Shown: positions 9,670-20,701 of the stretch, one piece after another | How positions within the stretch are numbered: position 1 is the first letter of the stretch | How the letters are laid out: each line of letters starts with the position of its first letter | Origin: an uncultured Muribaculaceae bacterium | Lineage (GTDB): Bacteria; Bacillota_I; Bacilli_A; RF39; UBA660 | DNA: 59,008 bases | Assembly: GCA_964481005.1 (NCBI GenBank) | Contig: CAYZRY010000004.1 | Span: 1-59,008, forward strand | Direction of reading: 5' to 3' | Position numbers and translations under genes: made by a program | Notes under the pieces: generated by a model | What the model saw: only the letters and a program-made list of their open reading frames with translations | Told to the model about the DNA's origin: nothing | Database searches by the model: none

Positions 9670-11250
9670 TTATTGTGTAACAGCCGGAGTTTCAGGTGTT
9701 TGAGTAGCCATTAATGGCCCAAATACTTCCATAAGTACTCCATAGAACTTCTGCTGCTCTTCGGCAGTCATTGACTCAAACGGAGTTGCACCAGTTGTTT
9801 CCATTACTTTGACATCTTTTGTTGTATCACTGATCATTTCACTCTTAAGCTCAAGCCCGAAAGCAGCACTCGACACTTCAAGTTTAACTACTGCTTTATC
9901 CTTAGCCATATCGCTTGCATCTAGTTTTATAATGCCAAGTTCTTGACCATTTACTAATGCTTTAAAATCTAAACTATAATTGTCTTTATCTTTAGTATAT
10001 GTTCCAGTCAATTTAGCTATTTCTGGAGCATCGATAACAACATCGTATTTATTCTCTGCTGTTTCAATAAAAGTTGCTTCGACCAAGTTTTTACTTCCTT
10101 GAACAATAGTAAGCTTTTCTACTTTGTTCTTAGCTTCATCAAACATATCATATAAAAGTGATGTGTTATCATCTTTACTAGTTATTTCATGACGAAGAGC
10201 AGTAAAACCATCCATATAGACTGAGTAATTGATTGTTTCATCAAAATCTTTAAGTCCATCTTTCTTGATATCAGCAATATTCTTTTCAATATCTTTGATC
10301 GTCTTAGCAGAATCTTCGCTAAGAGCTGCGACTAATTGTTTATCATTTTTAACAAGGGTTAAGAAACTAACAGAAATGTCTGCAAACTCTTTTGGATTAA
10401 TTGTGTATGTAATTTTCTTGCTGTTATATTCTTTTCCACCGACATTAATTTTAACTTTATCTATATCTAAGTCTTTCTTATCAGCATTGTCATTAATTGA
10501 TTTGTTTAGATATGTAACTAATTTATTGTACTCTTTAACTGTAAATTTACTAGTGCTCATCTCTTTTAGATCAACACCGTATTCATCTCCTAAATCGAAT
10601 ACTTTATTCTCAATAGCATTGAACTTAGCAAATACGTTATTATCTTTAGCAAAAAGTTCCCCATCAAATTTTTTATCCTGACTTAGTACTGAATAGACAA
10701 TATTCATCATATTCTTTTCTAAATCTAAAGTTATATTAGCATCAACTGTATAGTTTAATTTAGGTAATATATCTGATTTAGTTGTATCGATAGTTGTAAG
10801 TGTCTTAACTTCACCTTTTTTAGAATTGTTAATATTTTCTTCAGATACGATAAAACGAGCCATCATTTTATCAATATTCTTGTTAAAGATTACTTTATCA
10901 ATTGCATATAGGTAGAAGAACACCGCTCCGGCAACTAGTAGTAACAATACGACTATACCTACTATTAAACCTGTCTTTTTAGCTTTCTTTGGCTGCTCGA
11001 CTGCTTCTAAATTATTTGTTGAAATTTCTGCAACTGGTGTTAGTGTAGCTTCTGTTTCAGGTGTTACCGGCACAGGCTGTGGCGCAACTGGCATTGGCTC
11101 TGGCACAGGCATTGGAACCGGCTCGGGCATAGGTGTAACTTCTTCGTTTACTTCAAGACTAGGTCCAGTTGGATTTTCAACTGAAACTGGCTCTAAAGTT
11201 ATTTCGACATTTTGATCTAATTCATTCAAGTTTTCTTTGTTTTCTTCCAT
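9670..11250 (-). CDS. hypothetical single-pass membrane protein with a Pro/Glu-rich N-terminus
   Basis: 526-aa ORF with SD AAGGAG; PMPEPVPMPVPEPMP low-complexity region, KK-flanked TM and a beta-rich C-terminal domain. Confidence 0.8.
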   Translation of the reverse strand: MEENKENLNELDQNVEITLEPVSVENPTGPSLEVNEEVTPMPEPVPMPVPEPMPVAPQPVPVTPETEATLTPVAEISTNNLEAVEQPKKAKKTGLIVGIVVLLLLVAGAVFFYLYAIDKVIFNKNIDKMMARFIVSEENINNSKKGEVKTLTTIDTTKSDILPKLNYTVDANITLDLEKNMMNIVYSVLSQDKKFDGELFAKDNNVFAKFNAIENKVFDLGDEYGVDLKEMSTSKFTVKEYNKLVTYLNKSINDNADKKDLDIDKVKINVGGKEYNSKKITYTINPKEFADISVSFLTLVKNDKQLVAALSEDSAKTIKDIEKNIADIKKDGLKDFDETINYSVYMDGFTALRHEITSKDDNTSLLYDMFDEAKNKVEKLTIVQGSKNLVEATFIETAENKYDVVIDAPEIAKLTGTYTKDKDNYSLDFKALVNGQELGIIKLDASDMAKDKAVVKLEVSSAAFGLELKSEMISDTTKDVKVMETTGATPFESMTAEEQQKFYGVLMEVFGPLMATQTPETPAVTQ

Positions 11251-11327
11251 TTTTTACTCCTTTATTCTATATATCAAGTATATAGGATTTGCCTTATTTT
11301 AACAACAAAAAAAGCTATTATTAGCTT

Positions 11328-11675
11328 TTATTCGTTTACTAACTCCAAAATCACTAGTAGAGCGTTATCTCCGCGTCTTTCATCTAATTTCAAGATTCTA
11401 GTGTATCCACCGTTTCTCGATGCATATTTAGGAGCTAATTCATTGAAAACTTTTTCAACCACTTCTTTGTCATTGTGAACAAATGCAAGTGCTTGTCTAC
11501 GTGAAACTAAAGTTCCTTTTTTACCGTATGTAATCATCTTATCGACAAACTTACGAACTTCTTTAGCACGTGTTTCAGTAGTAGTAATCTTGCCATTCAT
11601 AATGACATCTTTAGTCATATTGGCTAGCATGCTACGACGGTGTTTATTATCTACACCTAATTTTCTGTATGCCAT
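11328..11675 (-). CDS. rplQ: 50S ribosomal protein L17
   Basis: [27 protein letters not shown]. Confidence 0.98.
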   Translation of the reverse strand: MAYRKLGVDNKHRRSMLANMTKDVIMNGKITTTETRAKEVRKFVDKMITYGKKGTLVSRRQALAFVHNDKEVVEKVFNELAPKYASRNGGYTRILKLDERRGDNALLVILELVNE

Positions 11676-11687
11676 TTTCTCCTCCTA

Positions 11688-12638
11688 TTAAATTTCATCT
11701 CTCAAAGTAAGTCCTTGTTCTCTAACTTTATCAAGTACCTCTTTTAAAGATTTCTTTCCTAAATTGCGAATTTTCATCATTTCATTTTCGCTCTTATTGA
11801 CCAAATCTTGAACTGTATGAATATTTGCTCTCTTCAAGCAGTTGTATGCTCTAACTGATAGATCTAGATCTTCAATCGAAGTCTCAAGTGCTTTAATTTT
11901 TGGATCTTCTGTCTTTTCAATCATCATTCCAGTCATATCAGCGATATTACTTAAATTAGTAAGAATGTTAAAGTGTTCAATTAATACTCTCGAGCTTAAT
12001 GCAACAACTTCTTCTGGCTTCATTGAACCGTTTGTCCATACTTCAAGAACTAACTTGTCATATGTTTCATTTTGTCCAACGCGAGCACTTTCTACTTCAT
12101 ATTTAACTAATTCTACTGGTGAAAAATTGCTGTCCATTGGAATAATTCCAATTTTCTTAATATCTAGAAGTTTCTTATTTTCTTCACTTCTTACATATCC
12201 ACGACCGTTTGATACAGTCATTTCCATAACTAGACTTCCACCTTTTGCAACGTGTGCTATCTCTAGGTCTTTATTGATTATTTCGATATCATTATCATGT
12301 TCGATATCTCCAGCTGTAACTGTTCCTTCTTTAGTAGCGTTGATTCTGATAGTTTTAACACCATTAGAATGATTCTTAATAACAACATTCTTAAGATTTA
12401 AGATAATTGTTGTAACATCTTCGACAACTCCATCTAAAGTTTGAAACTCATGAAGAGCTCCTTCAATTTTAACACTGCTGATAGCAGATCCTGGAAGTGA
12501 TGAAAGCATTACACGACGTAGTGCATTTCCAAGTGTTGTACCGAATCCTCTTTCGAGTGGTTCTAACTCAAACTTCCCATAAAAATTATTCTCGACATAA
12601 TCAGTTATTTTATAATTTGGTTTTTCAAATTCAATCAT
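11688..12638 (-). CDS. rpoA: RNA polymerase alpha subunit
   Basis: EPLERGFGTTLGNALRR, LSVRAYNCLKRA, RNLGKKS; start MIEFEKP after GGAGGT. Confidence 0.99.
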   Translation of the reverse strand: MIEFEKPNYKITDYVENNFYGKFELEPLERGFGTTLGNALRRVMLSSLPGSAISSVKIEGALHEFQTLDGVVEDVTTIILNLKNVVIKNHSNGVKTIRINATKEGTVTAGDIEHDNDIEIINKDLEIAHVAKGGSLVMEMTVSNGRGYVRSEENKKLLDIKKIGIIPMDSNFSPVELVKYEVESARVGQNETYDKLVLEVWTNGSMKPEEVVALSSRVLIEHFNILTNLSNIADMTGMMIEKTEDPKIKALETSIEDLDLSVRAYNCLKRANIHTVQDLVNKSENEMMKIRNLGKKSLKEVLDKVREQGLTLRDEI

Positions 12639-12658
12639 GAAACTACCTCCCTTTTTCA

Positions 12659-13042
12659 TTAACCACGTGGACGTTTTGGCGGACGACATCCGTTATGTGG
12701 AATTGGTGTAACATCGTTAATAGCTGTTATCTCTAATCCAGCAGTTTGAAGTGATCTAATTGCTGTCTCACGTCCTGGTCCTAAACCTTTTACAAAGACT
12801 TCAACTTTTCGCATTCCCATTTCGTATGCTGCCTTACCTGCGGCTTCAGCGGCCATACCTGCTGCGAAAGGAGTTGATTTCTTACTTCCTTTAAATCCAA
12901 TAGCACCACTACTAGCCCATGCAAGAGCATTTCCCTCAACATCAGATATAGTAGTAATTGTATTGTTAAAAGTAGAATGGATGTGTGCTACACCTTCTGG
13001 TACGTTCTTTTTAACTTTTCTTTTTCTAGTTTTATAAGCCAT
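12659..13042 (-). CDS. rpsK: 30S ribosomal protein S11
   Basis: [27 protein letters not shown]. Confidence 0.99.
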   Translation of the reverse strand: MAYKTRKRKVKKNVPEGVAHIHSTFNNTITTISDVEGNALAWASSGAIGFKGSKKSTPFAAGMAAEAAGKAAYEMGMRKVEVFVKGLGPGRETAIRSLQTAGLEITAINDVTPIPHNGCRPPKRPRG

Positions 13043-13064
13043 TATTTGACCTCCCTTTTAACTA

Positions 13065-13430
13065 TTATTTTTTCTTGTTAGCTATTGTCTTACCTTTTCC
13101 TTTACGAGTACGTGCATTACTTCTAGTGCTTTGTCCTCTAACAGGTAGACCTCTTCTGTGACGGGTTCCTTCATAACTGTTAATTTCCATCTTAGTCTTG
13201 ATGTTCATATTAACTTCACGACGAAGATCTCCCTCAGTCATATGAAGATTCATTTCATCACGGATTAAGTTGAGTTCATCAATAGATAAATCTCCAGCTT
13301 TTCTAGTTGGATCAATTCCTACTTTACTCAAAATTTCTTTAGATAAATTTCTTCCAATACCATAGATATATGTAAGTGAAATTTCTATATGCTTATCGTT
13401 TGGAATATCTACACCTTTAATACGTGCCAT
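13065..13430 (-). CDS. rpsM: 30S ribosomal protein S13
   Basis: [28 protein letters not shown]. Confidence 0.99.
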   Translation of the reverse strand: MARIKGVDIPNDKHIEISLTYIYGIGRNLSKEILSKVGIDPTRKAGDLSIDELNLIRDEMNLHMTEGDLRREVNMNIKTKMEINSYEGTRHRRGLPVRGQSTRSNARTRKGKGKTIANKKK

Positions 13431-13448
13431 ATTTATTTCTCCTTTTCA

Positions 13449-13562
13449 TTAACCTTGTTTTTGCTTGTGCTTAGGATTTTCACAAATGACCATTACTTTG
13501 CCATTTCTTTTAATAACTTTGCACTTATCACAAATTGGTTTTACTGATGCTCTAACTTTCAT
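13449..13562 (-). CDS. rpmJ: 50S ribosomal protein L36 (Zn-binding form; not in the ORF track)
   Basis: Manual translation [37 protein letters not shown]; SD AGGAGGT. Confidence 0.97.
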   Translation of the reverse strand: MKVRASVKPICDKCKVIKRNGKVMVICENPKHKQKQG

Positions 13563-13579
13563 ATATTTTTACCTCCTAA

Positions 13580-13795
13580 TTATTTACGATAGGTTATTCG
13601 CCCACGTGTTAAGTCGTATGGTGATAACTCTAACACAACGGTGTCCCCCGGTAAGATGCGAATGTAATTCATTCGGATTTTACCAGAAACGTGAGCTTCA
13701 ACGATGTGTTCGTTTTCAAGCTTAACTTTAAATTTACCACCAGGTATAATGTCTAACACTTTACCTTCGACTTCAATTGTATCTTCTCTTGCCAC
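13580..13795 (-). CDS. infA: translation initiation factor IF-1 (GTG start)
   Basis: [28 protein letters not shown]. Confidence 0.99.
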   Translation of the reverse strand: MAREDTIEVEGKVLDIIPGGKFKVKLENEHIVEAHVSGKIRMNYIRILPGDTVVLELSPYDLTRGRITYRK

Positions 13796-13801
13796 TATTT
13801 A

Positions 13802-14548
13802 TCACTCTCCTGTCAATATCTTATAACCATCTTTAGTGACGGCTACTGTGTGCTCAAAATGAGCCGAGTTTTTATGATCAACACTGAGTATCGTCCAATC
13901 ATCTTCGAGTAGATAGATGTCTGCTGTTCCAAGGTTTAGCATCGGTTCAATTGCAATGACCATGCCCTCTTTTAATGTTGGTCCTGTACCGGCTGTTCCA
14001 AAGTTTGGAACGTCTGGCGCTTCATGGACACTAGATCCAATTCCATGACCAACTAGTTCTTTAACTACCGCTAGCTTGTGCTTTTTAGCATGAGCTTCGA
14101 TAGCTGCTGAGATATCTCCGACTTTAGCTCCAGCTTTAACTTTACTGATTCCCTCATACAAAGCTTCTTTGGTGTGAGTCAGTAACTCTTCGTTTAATTT
14201 AGAAATCTTACCTACTGGATAAGACCAAGCAGAGTCACCATGATAGCCTTTGAAGCAAGCTCCAATGTCTAACTTGATGATGTCTCCTTCACGAAGTTTG
14301 CGTTTACCTGGAATACCGTGAACAACCTCTTCATTTAAACTAATACAGATTGCTCCGGGAAAGTCATAGAGTCCTTTGAACGAGGGAGTAGCACCTTTAC
14401 TGAGGATAAAATCCTCAGCTAGCTTATCTAACTCAGCAGTTGTTATTCCCGGTTTTATAAAAGGAATTAAATACTGGTGAGTATCATAGACAATCTTACC
14501 GGCTACTTCCATAAGTTCTATTTCTCTCGGACTTTTTATTTTAATCAT
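13802..14548 (-). CDS. map: methionine aminopeptidase type I
   Basis: VVHGIP, GYHGDSA, GHGIG, IEPM, SAHFEHT. Confidence 0.98.
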   Translation of the reverse strand: MIKIKSPREIELMEVAGKIVYDTHQYLIPFIKPGITTAELDKLAEDFILSKGATPSFKGLYDFPGAICISLNEEVVHGIPGKRKLREGDIIKLDIGACFKGYHGDSAWSYPVGKISKLNEELLTHTKEALYEGISKVKAGAKVGDISAAIEAHAKKHKLAVVKELVGHGIGSSVHEAPDVPNFGTAGTGPTLKEGMVIAIEPMLNLGTADIYLLEDDWTILSVDHKNSAHFEHTVAVTKDGYKILTGE

Positions 14549-15206
14549 TTGTCTTCTCCAACAATTCTTGAACTGCTTTCAAAGTATCACTGATTTCCTT
14601 CGATGCATCTACTCTAATCAATTTATTTTGATTTCCATAGTAAGCAATCAAAGGTTCTGTTTTTTCAATGTAAGTATCATAACGATCATTAAATGTCTCT
14701 TCATTATCGTCAGATCTTCTCGTTAGTGCTGATCCACATAGATCGCAAATATCTTCGACCTTCGGAGTAATCTCCGGGTTGTAAATGTTGTATATTTTTC
14801 CGCAGCCAGAACAAATACGACGACCGACAATACGGTTTAATAATTGCTCTTTTGGTATTTCAAGTAAGAATACTTTCTCAATTGCAATATCCTTGCCCTC
14901 AGCCATTTCATCAAATCTTCTTGCCTGAACAAGATTACGTGGAAAACCATCGAAGGTATAACCATTTTTAATATCATCTTCACTGAGCCTTTTAGCTAGT
15001 ATTTCGAAAATCATATCATCATCGACAAATTGACCTTTATCTAACAACTCTTTAACTTTAAGTCCAACTTCATCCCCTTTGGCAACTGCTTCTCTAAGCA
15101 AATCACCAGTTGAAATGTGTGCGCTACCATAGAGCTCACTAAGTTGTTTAGCTAGGGTGCCTTTTCCTGCTCCAGGAGCGGCTATTAGTACAACATTTTT
15201 TATCAT
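14541..15206 (-). CDS. adk: adenylate kinase (Zn-LID type)
   Basis: APGAGKGT, HISTGDLLR, DGFPR, CxxC...CxxC LID, RSDD. Confidence 0.98.
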   Translation of the reverse strand: MIKNVVLIAAPGAGKGTLAKQLSELYGSAHISTGDLLREAVAKGDEVGLKVKELLDKGQFVDDDMIFEILAKRLSEDDIKNGYTFDGFPRNLVQARRFDEMAEGKDIAIEKVFLLEIPKEQLLNRIVGRRICSGCGKIYNIYNPEITPKVEDICDLCGSALTRRSDDNEETFNDRYDTYIEKTEPLIAYYGNQNKLIRVDASKEISDTLKAVQELLEKTND

Positions 15207-16468
15207 CTGCGACTGTAACCTTTCTTATAGTTTCTAGAAACTAAACTTCCTTCTAACTGTTTGTATGTTTCAAGAGCAACTCCGACAACGATAAGTAGTC
15301 CTGTTCCTCCGATTGTAATATTTGCTGACAATCCTGAAAAGTTATTGAAAACTATTGGAAGTCCAGCAATTATAACGATGAATAATCCACCGACCAAAGT
15401 CAAACGTGAAAGTATTCTAATAACATACTTTTCAGTGTCTTTACCAGGTCTGATACCAGGAATAAATCCACCGTTTTCATTCAAGTTTTTAGCTAGTTCT
15501 TCTGGCTTAATTTGAATGAAGGTATAAAAGTAAGAAAAGAAGTAGATAAATACTACGAATAGGAAAAACCCTAATGGTTTTGTATAATCTAAGTATTTAT
15601 TTACAAAGTCTACATACTGTGTGTTTTTAACAAACTGGGCTATTGTTGCTGGTATTGCCATCAAACTTGAGGCAAAGATTACCGGAACAACTCCTGCAGC
15701 GTTAATTTTAATTGGCATAAATGAGTGATTATTGCCAAGTCCTGTAGTTGATTTGTTAGTGTATTGGATAGGTATGCGTCTTTCAGCTTCCTGTACCCAT
15801 ATAACACCGACAACAATAAGCAAGTAGATAATCACCAATCCAATAAATAGGGCTATTCCAACTGGCATAGCAAATCTTTCAAGTAGAACTAATTCTCTAA
15901 ATGCCTGTATGAACATAGCAGGTAGAGTTGCAATGATACCAGCCATAATTATTAGCGAAGTACCATTCCCAATTCCCTTTTGTGTAACTTGATCACCAAG
16001 CCACAATAAGAATGCTGTTCCAGCAGCTAGGACAGTTGCCACATATAAGTAGTCAAACGTTGTCTTATCTGCACCAAGGAATCCGAAGGCAAAGAAGAAC
16101 CCTTCGATGAAGGCAATTACGATACCCATGTATCTAGTAATTTTATTCAATTTTTGTCTTCCAGTATGACCCTGTTTATTTAGTTCACTGAAGTATGGAA
16201 TAATTTCCATCTGCAGTAACTGCATAATGATTGATGCCGTAATGTATGGCATTACTCCAAGAGCAAAGATAGAGAACTTTTTAAGTGCCCCTCCACCCAT
16301 TACGTTGATGAGTTCTAAGAACCCTAGACTTCCAGCGAAATCTTCAGTACCAGGAACTCTAACATTAGTACCAACTACGAAGATCATAAGAACGACTAAT
16401 GTATAAATAAGTCTTCCTCTCAAATCTTTATTAGTTGGTGCCATGATTTGTTTCAAGTTTTGAAACAT
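15203..16468 (-). CDS. secY: preprotein translocase SecY
   Basis: SIFALGVMPYITASII, GIGNGTSLII, FIPGIRPG, GGTGLLIVVGV. Confidence 0.99.
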   Translation of the reverse strand: MFQNLKQIMAPTNKDLRGRLIYTLVVLMIFVVGTNVRVPGTEDFAGSLGFLELINVMGGGALKKFSIFALGVMPYITASIIMQLLQMEIIPYFSELNKQGHTGRQKLNKITRYMGIVIAFIEGFFFAFGFLGADKTTFDYLYVATVLAAGTAFLLWLGDQVTQKGIGNGTSLIIMAGIIATLPAMFIQAFRELVLLERFAMPVGIALFIGLVIIYLLIVVGVIWVQEAERRIPIQYTNKSTTGLGNNHSFMPIKINAAGVVPVIFASSLMAIPATIAQFVKNTQYVDFVNKYLDYTKPLGFFLFVVFIYFFSYFYTFIQIKPEELAKNLNENGGFIPGIRPGKDTEKYVIRILSRLTLVGGLFIVIIAGLPIVFNNFSGLSANITIGGTGLLIVVGVALETYKQLEGSLVSRNYKKGYSRR

Positions 16469-16469
16469 A

Positions 16470-16913
16470 TTAGATCACCTCGATTTTACTTCCAGATGCT
16501 TCTATTTTCTCTTTCGCGATTTTAGAAACTTTGTTAGCCTGAATAGTTAATTTTTTCTCCAAGTTTCCATTACCAAGTATTTTAATACCAGCTAGTTGTT
16601 TTTTAACAATTCCTAACTCTTTAAGTAGAGCTGGAGTTACTAGCGTACCATCTTCAAAGCGATTTAAATCTTCGACATTGATGATAGCATATTCAATTTT
16701 AAATCTATCGTTAGTGAATCCTCTTTTAGGCAATCTTTTGAATAGTGGGATTTGTCCTCCCTCAAAAGTTGCTTTGACTCCTCCGCCACTACGAGCGTTT
16801 TGTCCTTTGTGTCCACGTCCAGAAGTTTTTCCTAAACCAGAACCTGGTCCACGTCCAACTTTCTTACGACGGTGAGTAGCACCGATATTTTTCTCTAATT
16901 CATGTAATTTCAT
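16470..16913 (-). CDS. rplO: 50S ribosomal protein L15
   Basis: [31 protein letters not shown]. Confidence 0.99.
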   Translation of the reverse strand: MKLHELEKNIGATHRRKKVGRGPGSGLGKTSGRGHKGQNARSGGGVKATFEGGQIPLFKRLPKRGFTNDRFKIEYAIINVEDLNRFEDGTLVTPALLKELGIVKKQLAGIKILGNGNLEKKLTIQANKVSKIAKEKIEASGSKIEVI

Positions 16914-17422
16914 TATCCTAATATCTCCTCTACTGTTTTTCCACGTAGCGCAGCTACTTTCTCAGGTGTCTTTTGTTGTTTTAAAGCATCAAGTGTTGCA
17001 TTAGCAACATTGTACTTAGTTCTAGACCCAAGAGATTTTGATAGAATGTCGCGAACTCCTGCTAAATCGAGGATGTCACGAACAGCTCCACCAGCTACTA
17101 CTCCAGTACCTGCTGATGCTGGTTTAAGAATAACCTTAGCAGCTCCTGAGATACCGTAAGCATCGTGTGCTATAGTTCTGTCGTCCATAAGAGGAACTTT
17201 AATTATGTTTTTAGTTGCAGTTTGAATTGCTTTGTTGATTGCATCAGGAATTTCTGCTGCTTTCCCCATTCCAAGCCCTACTTTACCTTTGCGGTCTCCG
17301 ACAGCAACGATAGCTTCAAATCTTCTTTGACGTCCACCTTTGTTAACTTTGACAACACTTTTAATTTCGATTACTTGTTCATCGTACAACTTAGCTTTTG
17401 GTTCATATTTCTTATTTTGCAT
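16913..17422 (-). CDS. rpsE: 30S ribosomal protein S5
   Basis: [29 protein letters not shown]. Confidence 0.98.
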   Translation of the reverse strand: MQNKKYEPKAKLYDEQVIEIKSVVKVNKGGRQRRFEAIVAVGDRKGKVGLGMGKAAEIPDAINKAIQTATKNIIKVPLMDDRTIAHDAYGISGAAKVILKPASAGTGVVAGGAVRDILDLAGVRDILSKSLGSRTKYNVANATLDALKQQKTPEKVAALRGKTVEEILG

Positions 17423-17430
17423 ATTTCCTC

Positions 17431-17793
17431 CTAAAACTCTAAGCCTTCAGCTTTTGCTGCATCAGCAAGAGCTTTGACTCGTCCATGATATTGGTATCCA
17501 CCACGATCAAAGACAACTTTCTTAAGTTTAGCTTTAACAGCTCTTTTAGCAAGTAATTCCCCAACTTTTGTAGCAGCTTCGACATTAGCACCACTCTTTA
17601 GCTTTAACTCTTTATCTAGTGATGAAGCACTTACTAATGTAGTTGCTGTCTCATCATCGATAATTTGTGCAAAAATGTGCATGTTTGAACGGAAGACATT
17701 CAATCTAGGAACAGCTGTTGTTCCATGAATTGTTTTTCTTACACGCTCATGTCTAGCTTCACGCATTTCATTTCTAGTTCTTTTATTTATCAT
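17431..17793 (-). CDS. rplR: 50S ribosomal protein L18
   Basis: [21 protein letters not shown]. Confidence 0.99.
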   Translation of the reverse strand: MINKRTRNEMREARHERVRKTIHGTTAVPRLNVFRSNMHIFAQIIDDETATTLVSASSLDKELKLKSGANVEAATKVGELLAKRAVKAKLKKVVFDRGGYQYHGRVKALADAAKAEGLEF

Positions 17794-17814
17794 AAGCTTC
17801 TCCTTATCTTGCTA

Positions 17815-18348
17815 TTAAGCAGCTTTCTTACCTTCCTTACGACGGATGTATTCATCTTTATAACGAATACCTTTTCCTTTGTAAGGTTCAGGTTTTCTAA
17901 TTTTTCTGACGTTGGCAGCAAACTCTCCAAGAATAATATTATCTATTGAACTTAGAGTTATTTCAGTGTTGCTAACAACATCTACTTTAATACCATTTGG
18001 TACTGTAACTTCGACAGGTTTTGAATAACCTGCACTGACAACTAGTGTCTTATCTCCCTTAAGAGCAAAACGATATCCGACACCAATTATTTCAAGACCC
18101 TTTGTGTAACCTTCAGTAACACCCTTGATCATGTTATTGACCAAAGAGTTAATTGTTCCATGCATTGCTTTCGCATTTTCATTGGCACGTGTTACAACAA
18201 CTTGTCCATCTTCAACGGCAACAGTAATATCTTTAGCTAAAGCAGTAGATAATTCACCTTTAGGTCCTTTAACTGTAACTTTATCGTTTTCGATATTGAT
18301 TGTTACATTTTCAGGTATTACTAGTTTTCTATTACCTATACGACTCAT
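17815..18348 (-). CDS. rplF: 50S ribosomal protein L6
   Basis: MSRIG, GVGYR, PEPYKGKGIRY. Confidence 0.99.
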   Translation of the reverse strand: MSRIGNRKLVIPENVTINIENDKVTVKGPKGELSTALAKDITVAVEDGQVVVTRANENAKAMHGTINSLVNNMIKGVTEGYTKGLEIIGVGYRFALKGDKTLVVSAGYSKPVEVTVPNGIKVDVVSNTEITLSSIDNIILGEFAANVRKIRKPEPYKGKGIRYKDEYIRRKEGKKAA

Positions 18349-18364
18349 ATATCCTCCACTCTAA

Positions 18365-18766
18365 CTACCAGATGTAAGCCATAACTTCTCCACCTAGGTT
18401 TTGTTTACGTGCTTCTTTGTCAGTCATTACACCCTTAGATGTAGAGATAATAGCAATACCAAGTCCATTTAGAACTTTAGGTACTTCTTCTCCTTTGACA
18501 TAGACACGTAATCCAGGTTTTGAAATACGCTTTAATCCTGTAATTACTCTTTCTTTATTTTTTCCATATTTTAAAGTTAATAGAATAGCTCCTTGAACAT
18601 CTTCCTTAACTTCTTTATAGTCCTCTATAAATCCTTCTTCTTTCAAAATCTTAGCTATTTCTAATTTTAATTTAGAAGCAGGAACAGAGACTTCAGTATA
18701 ACGCATAGCGTTAGCATTTCTAATACGCGTAAGCATATCAGCAATTGTATCAGTTACGATAGCCAT
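18365..18766 (-). CDS. rpsH: 30S ribosomal protein S8
   Basis: [24 protein letters not shown]. Confidence 0.99.
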   Translation of the reverse strand: MAIVTDTIADMLTRIRNANAMRYTEVSVPASKLKLEIAKILKEEGFIEDYKEVKEDVQGAILLTLKYGKNKERVITGLKRISKPGLRVYVKGEEVPKVLNGLGIAIISTSKGVMTDKEARKQNLGGEVMAYIW

Positions 18767-18786
18767 ATTTTCTTCCTCCTTCCCAA

Positions 18787-18972
18787 TTACCAGCTAGATT
18801 TCTTAACACCTGGTATTTGTCCTTTATTAGCTAATTCTCTAAAACAAATACGGCAAATTCCAAATTTACTTAGAACTGAATGAGGTCTTCCACATCTCAT
18901 GCAACGAGAATGTTCTCTCACTTTAAATTTTTGCTTTCTGTTAGCTTTAACAATCATACTTTTTTTAGCCAT
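18787..18972 (-). CDS. rpsN: 30S ribosomal protein S14, short Zn-binding type
   Basis: 61 aa; CMRC and CRIC; PGVKKSSW. Confidence 0.98.
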   Translation of the reverse strand: MAKKSMIVKANRKQKFKVREHSRCMRCGRPHSVLSKFGICRICFRELANKGQIPGVKKSSW

Positions 18973-18986
18973 AATATATCCTCCAA

Positions 18987-19526
18987 TTACTTTCTAAACG
19001 GAATGCCAAGTTCGTCCAATAGATCGAAAGCTTCAGCATCGCTCTTAGCAGTTGTTACGATAACGATATCCATTCCTCGTACTTTAACTACATCATCAAA
19101 TTCTATTTCAGAGAATATTAGTTGCTCTTTAACTCCAAGGGTGTAGTTTCCACGTCCGTCAAATGACTTAGGTGATACTCCACGGAAATCACGTACTCTA
19201 GGTAAACTAATACTAACTAGTTTATCTAAGAAGTTAAACATGTTTTCTCCTCTTAAAGTAACTTTGCAACCGATTGCTTGATCTTCTCTCAATTTGAATC
19301 CTGCTATCGATTTTTTAGCCTTAGTAATGACAGGTTTTTGTCCAGATAAAGTCTCTAGATCTTTAACTGCCGCGTCAAGCATTTTAGAGTTAGTAGTTGC
19401 ATCTCCAACTCCCATATTGATGACTATTTTTTCTAACTTAGGCACTTCCATAACTGTTGAATAGTTATGCTTTTTCATTAAACTCGGTACTATCTCTTTC
19501 AAGTACTTTTCTTTTAGGCGGTTCAT
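18987..19526 (-). CDS. rplE: 50S ribosomal protein L5
   Basis: [25 protein letters not shown]. Confidence 0.99.
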   Translation of the reverse strand: MNRLKEKYLKEIVPSLMKKHNYSTVMEVPKLEKIVINMGVGDATTNSKMLDAAVKDLETLSGQKPVITKAKKSIAGFKLREDQAIGCKVTLRGENMFNFLDKLVSISLPRVRDFRGVSPKSFDGRGNYTLGVKEQLIFSEIEFDDVVKVRGMDIVIVTTAKSDAEAFDLLDELGIPFRK

Positions 19527-19537
19527 ATTTCCCCTCC

Positions 19538-19846
19538 TTAACCGATCTTCTCGCCAGATTTTCTAGCGATCCTGATCTTCTTATTATCTTTATCCATTGT
19601 ATGTCCAATTCTAGTTCTCTTCTTAGTCTTTGGATCGATGTGCATAACGTTAGATGCATGGATTGGTGCTTCTGTTTCTAGAATTCCACCAGTTTCGTTA
19701 CCTTTACCTTTACGGTGTTTTTTAACGATGTTACATCCTTCGACAATGACACGATTTTCTGTGCGAAGTACTTTTGTAATCTTTCCTTCTTTACCGCGAC
19801 TAGAACCGGATATAACTAATACTTTGTCTCCTACTTTAAAGTTCAT
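19538..19846 (-). CDS. rplX: 50S ribosomal protein L24
   Basis: KOW motif [18 protein letters not shown]. Confidence 0.98.
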   Translation of the reverse strand: MNFKVGDKVLVISGSSRGKEGKITKVLRTENRVIVEGCNIVKKHRKGKGNETGGILETEAPIHASNVMHIDPKTKKRTRIGHTMDKDNKKIRIARKSGEKIG

Positions 19847-19854
19847 ATATCCTC

Positions 19855-20223
19855 CTATAACACTTCTTTTGCCAAAGATAAGATTTTCATATAATCTTTC
19901 TCGCGCAATTCGCGGGCAACAGGTCCAAAGATACGAGTTCCAACCGGACTCTTATCATCTTTAATAATTACGCAGGCATTGTCATCAAACTTAATGTATG
20001 AACCGTCAGTTCTCTTAAGACCTTGAACTGTTCTTACGATAACAGCTTTGACAACTTTACCCTTTCCAATAGTTCCATTAGGTGTGGCTTTTTTAATCGT
20101 ACCAACAACTATGTCACCAATATTACCAGAGTGTACTACACTTCCACCTAGTACTTTAATAACTAAAAGTTCTTTAGCACCAGAATTATCTGCTACTTTC
20201 AAACGACTTTCTTGTTGAATCAT
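19855..20223 (-). CDS. rplN: 50S ribosomal protein L14
   Basis: [25 protein letters not shown]. Confidence 0.99.
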   Translation of the reverse strand: MIQQESRLKVADNSGAKELLVIKVLGGSVVHSGNIGDIVVGTIKKATPNGTIGKGKVVKAVIVRTVQGLKRTDGSYIKFDDNACVIIKDDKSPVGTRIFGPVARELREKDYMKILSLAKEVL

Positions 20224-20240
20224 AAATACTCCTCCTTCAC

Positions 20241-20498
20241 CTATAGAATTACTGCTTCTTTGATGATCTCAGCTAAATAGAATCTCTTAGTAGCCGATAG
20301 TGGTCTCGTTTCGATAATTCTAACGACATCTCCTTCTTTAGCTTTATTAGTTTCATCATGTACTGCGTATTTCTTTGAATGTTTTACTCTTTTTCCGTAT
20401 AACGGATGTTTTTTATAAGTTTCAACTTCAACTGTAATTGTTTTGTTGTTCTTAGCACTGACGACTTTCCCAACTAAATCATGTTTAATCTTTTCCAT
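20241..20498 (-). CDS. rpsQ: 30S ribosomal protein S17
   Basis: [22 protein letters not shown]. Confidence 0.99.
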   Translation of the reverse strand: MEKIKHDLVGKVVSAKNNKTITVEVETYKKHPLYGKRVKHSKKYAVHDETNKAKEGDVVRIIETRPLSATKRFYLAEIIKEAVIL

Positions 20499-20506
20499 AA
20501 TTCCCT

Positions 20507-20701
20507 CTACTTCCCTAATTCACGCTCGCGCAAAACTGTTTTTAGTCTTGCAACTTGGTGCCTTAAATCTCTTATTCTTGAAGGTTTTTCCAAATTACCA
20601 GTCGATTGTTGAAAACGTAAGTTAAATAGTTCTTCTTTAGATTCTTTGATCTTTGCAAGAATATCTTCATTAGATAATTCTCTAATTTCTTTAACCTTCA
20701 T
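20507..20701 (-). CDS. rpmC: 50S ribosomal protein L29
   Basis: [15 protein letters not shown]. Confidence 0.98.
   Translation of the reverse strand: MKVKEIRELSNEDILAKIKESKEELFNLRFQQSTGNLEKPSRIRDLRHQVARLKTVLRERELGK

Noticed and set aside
11842-12372. Long antisense ORFs (176 aa here; also 10229-10681, 44255-44683, 45230-45715, 1246-1662 and many shorter ones)
   Set aside because: They lie opposite clearly identified genes, lack SD sites or motifs, and are explained by codon bias on the coding strand
12630-12670. rpsD absent from the alpha operon
   Set aside because: Normal for Bacilli, where rpsD is encoded elsewhere
12639-12689. N-terminal extensions in the ORF track (rpoA, rplM, rplD, rplC, secG, pssA, methyltransferase, XRE, pilin-like gene)
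   Set aside because: A downstream ATG with a good SD matches the expected family start in each case
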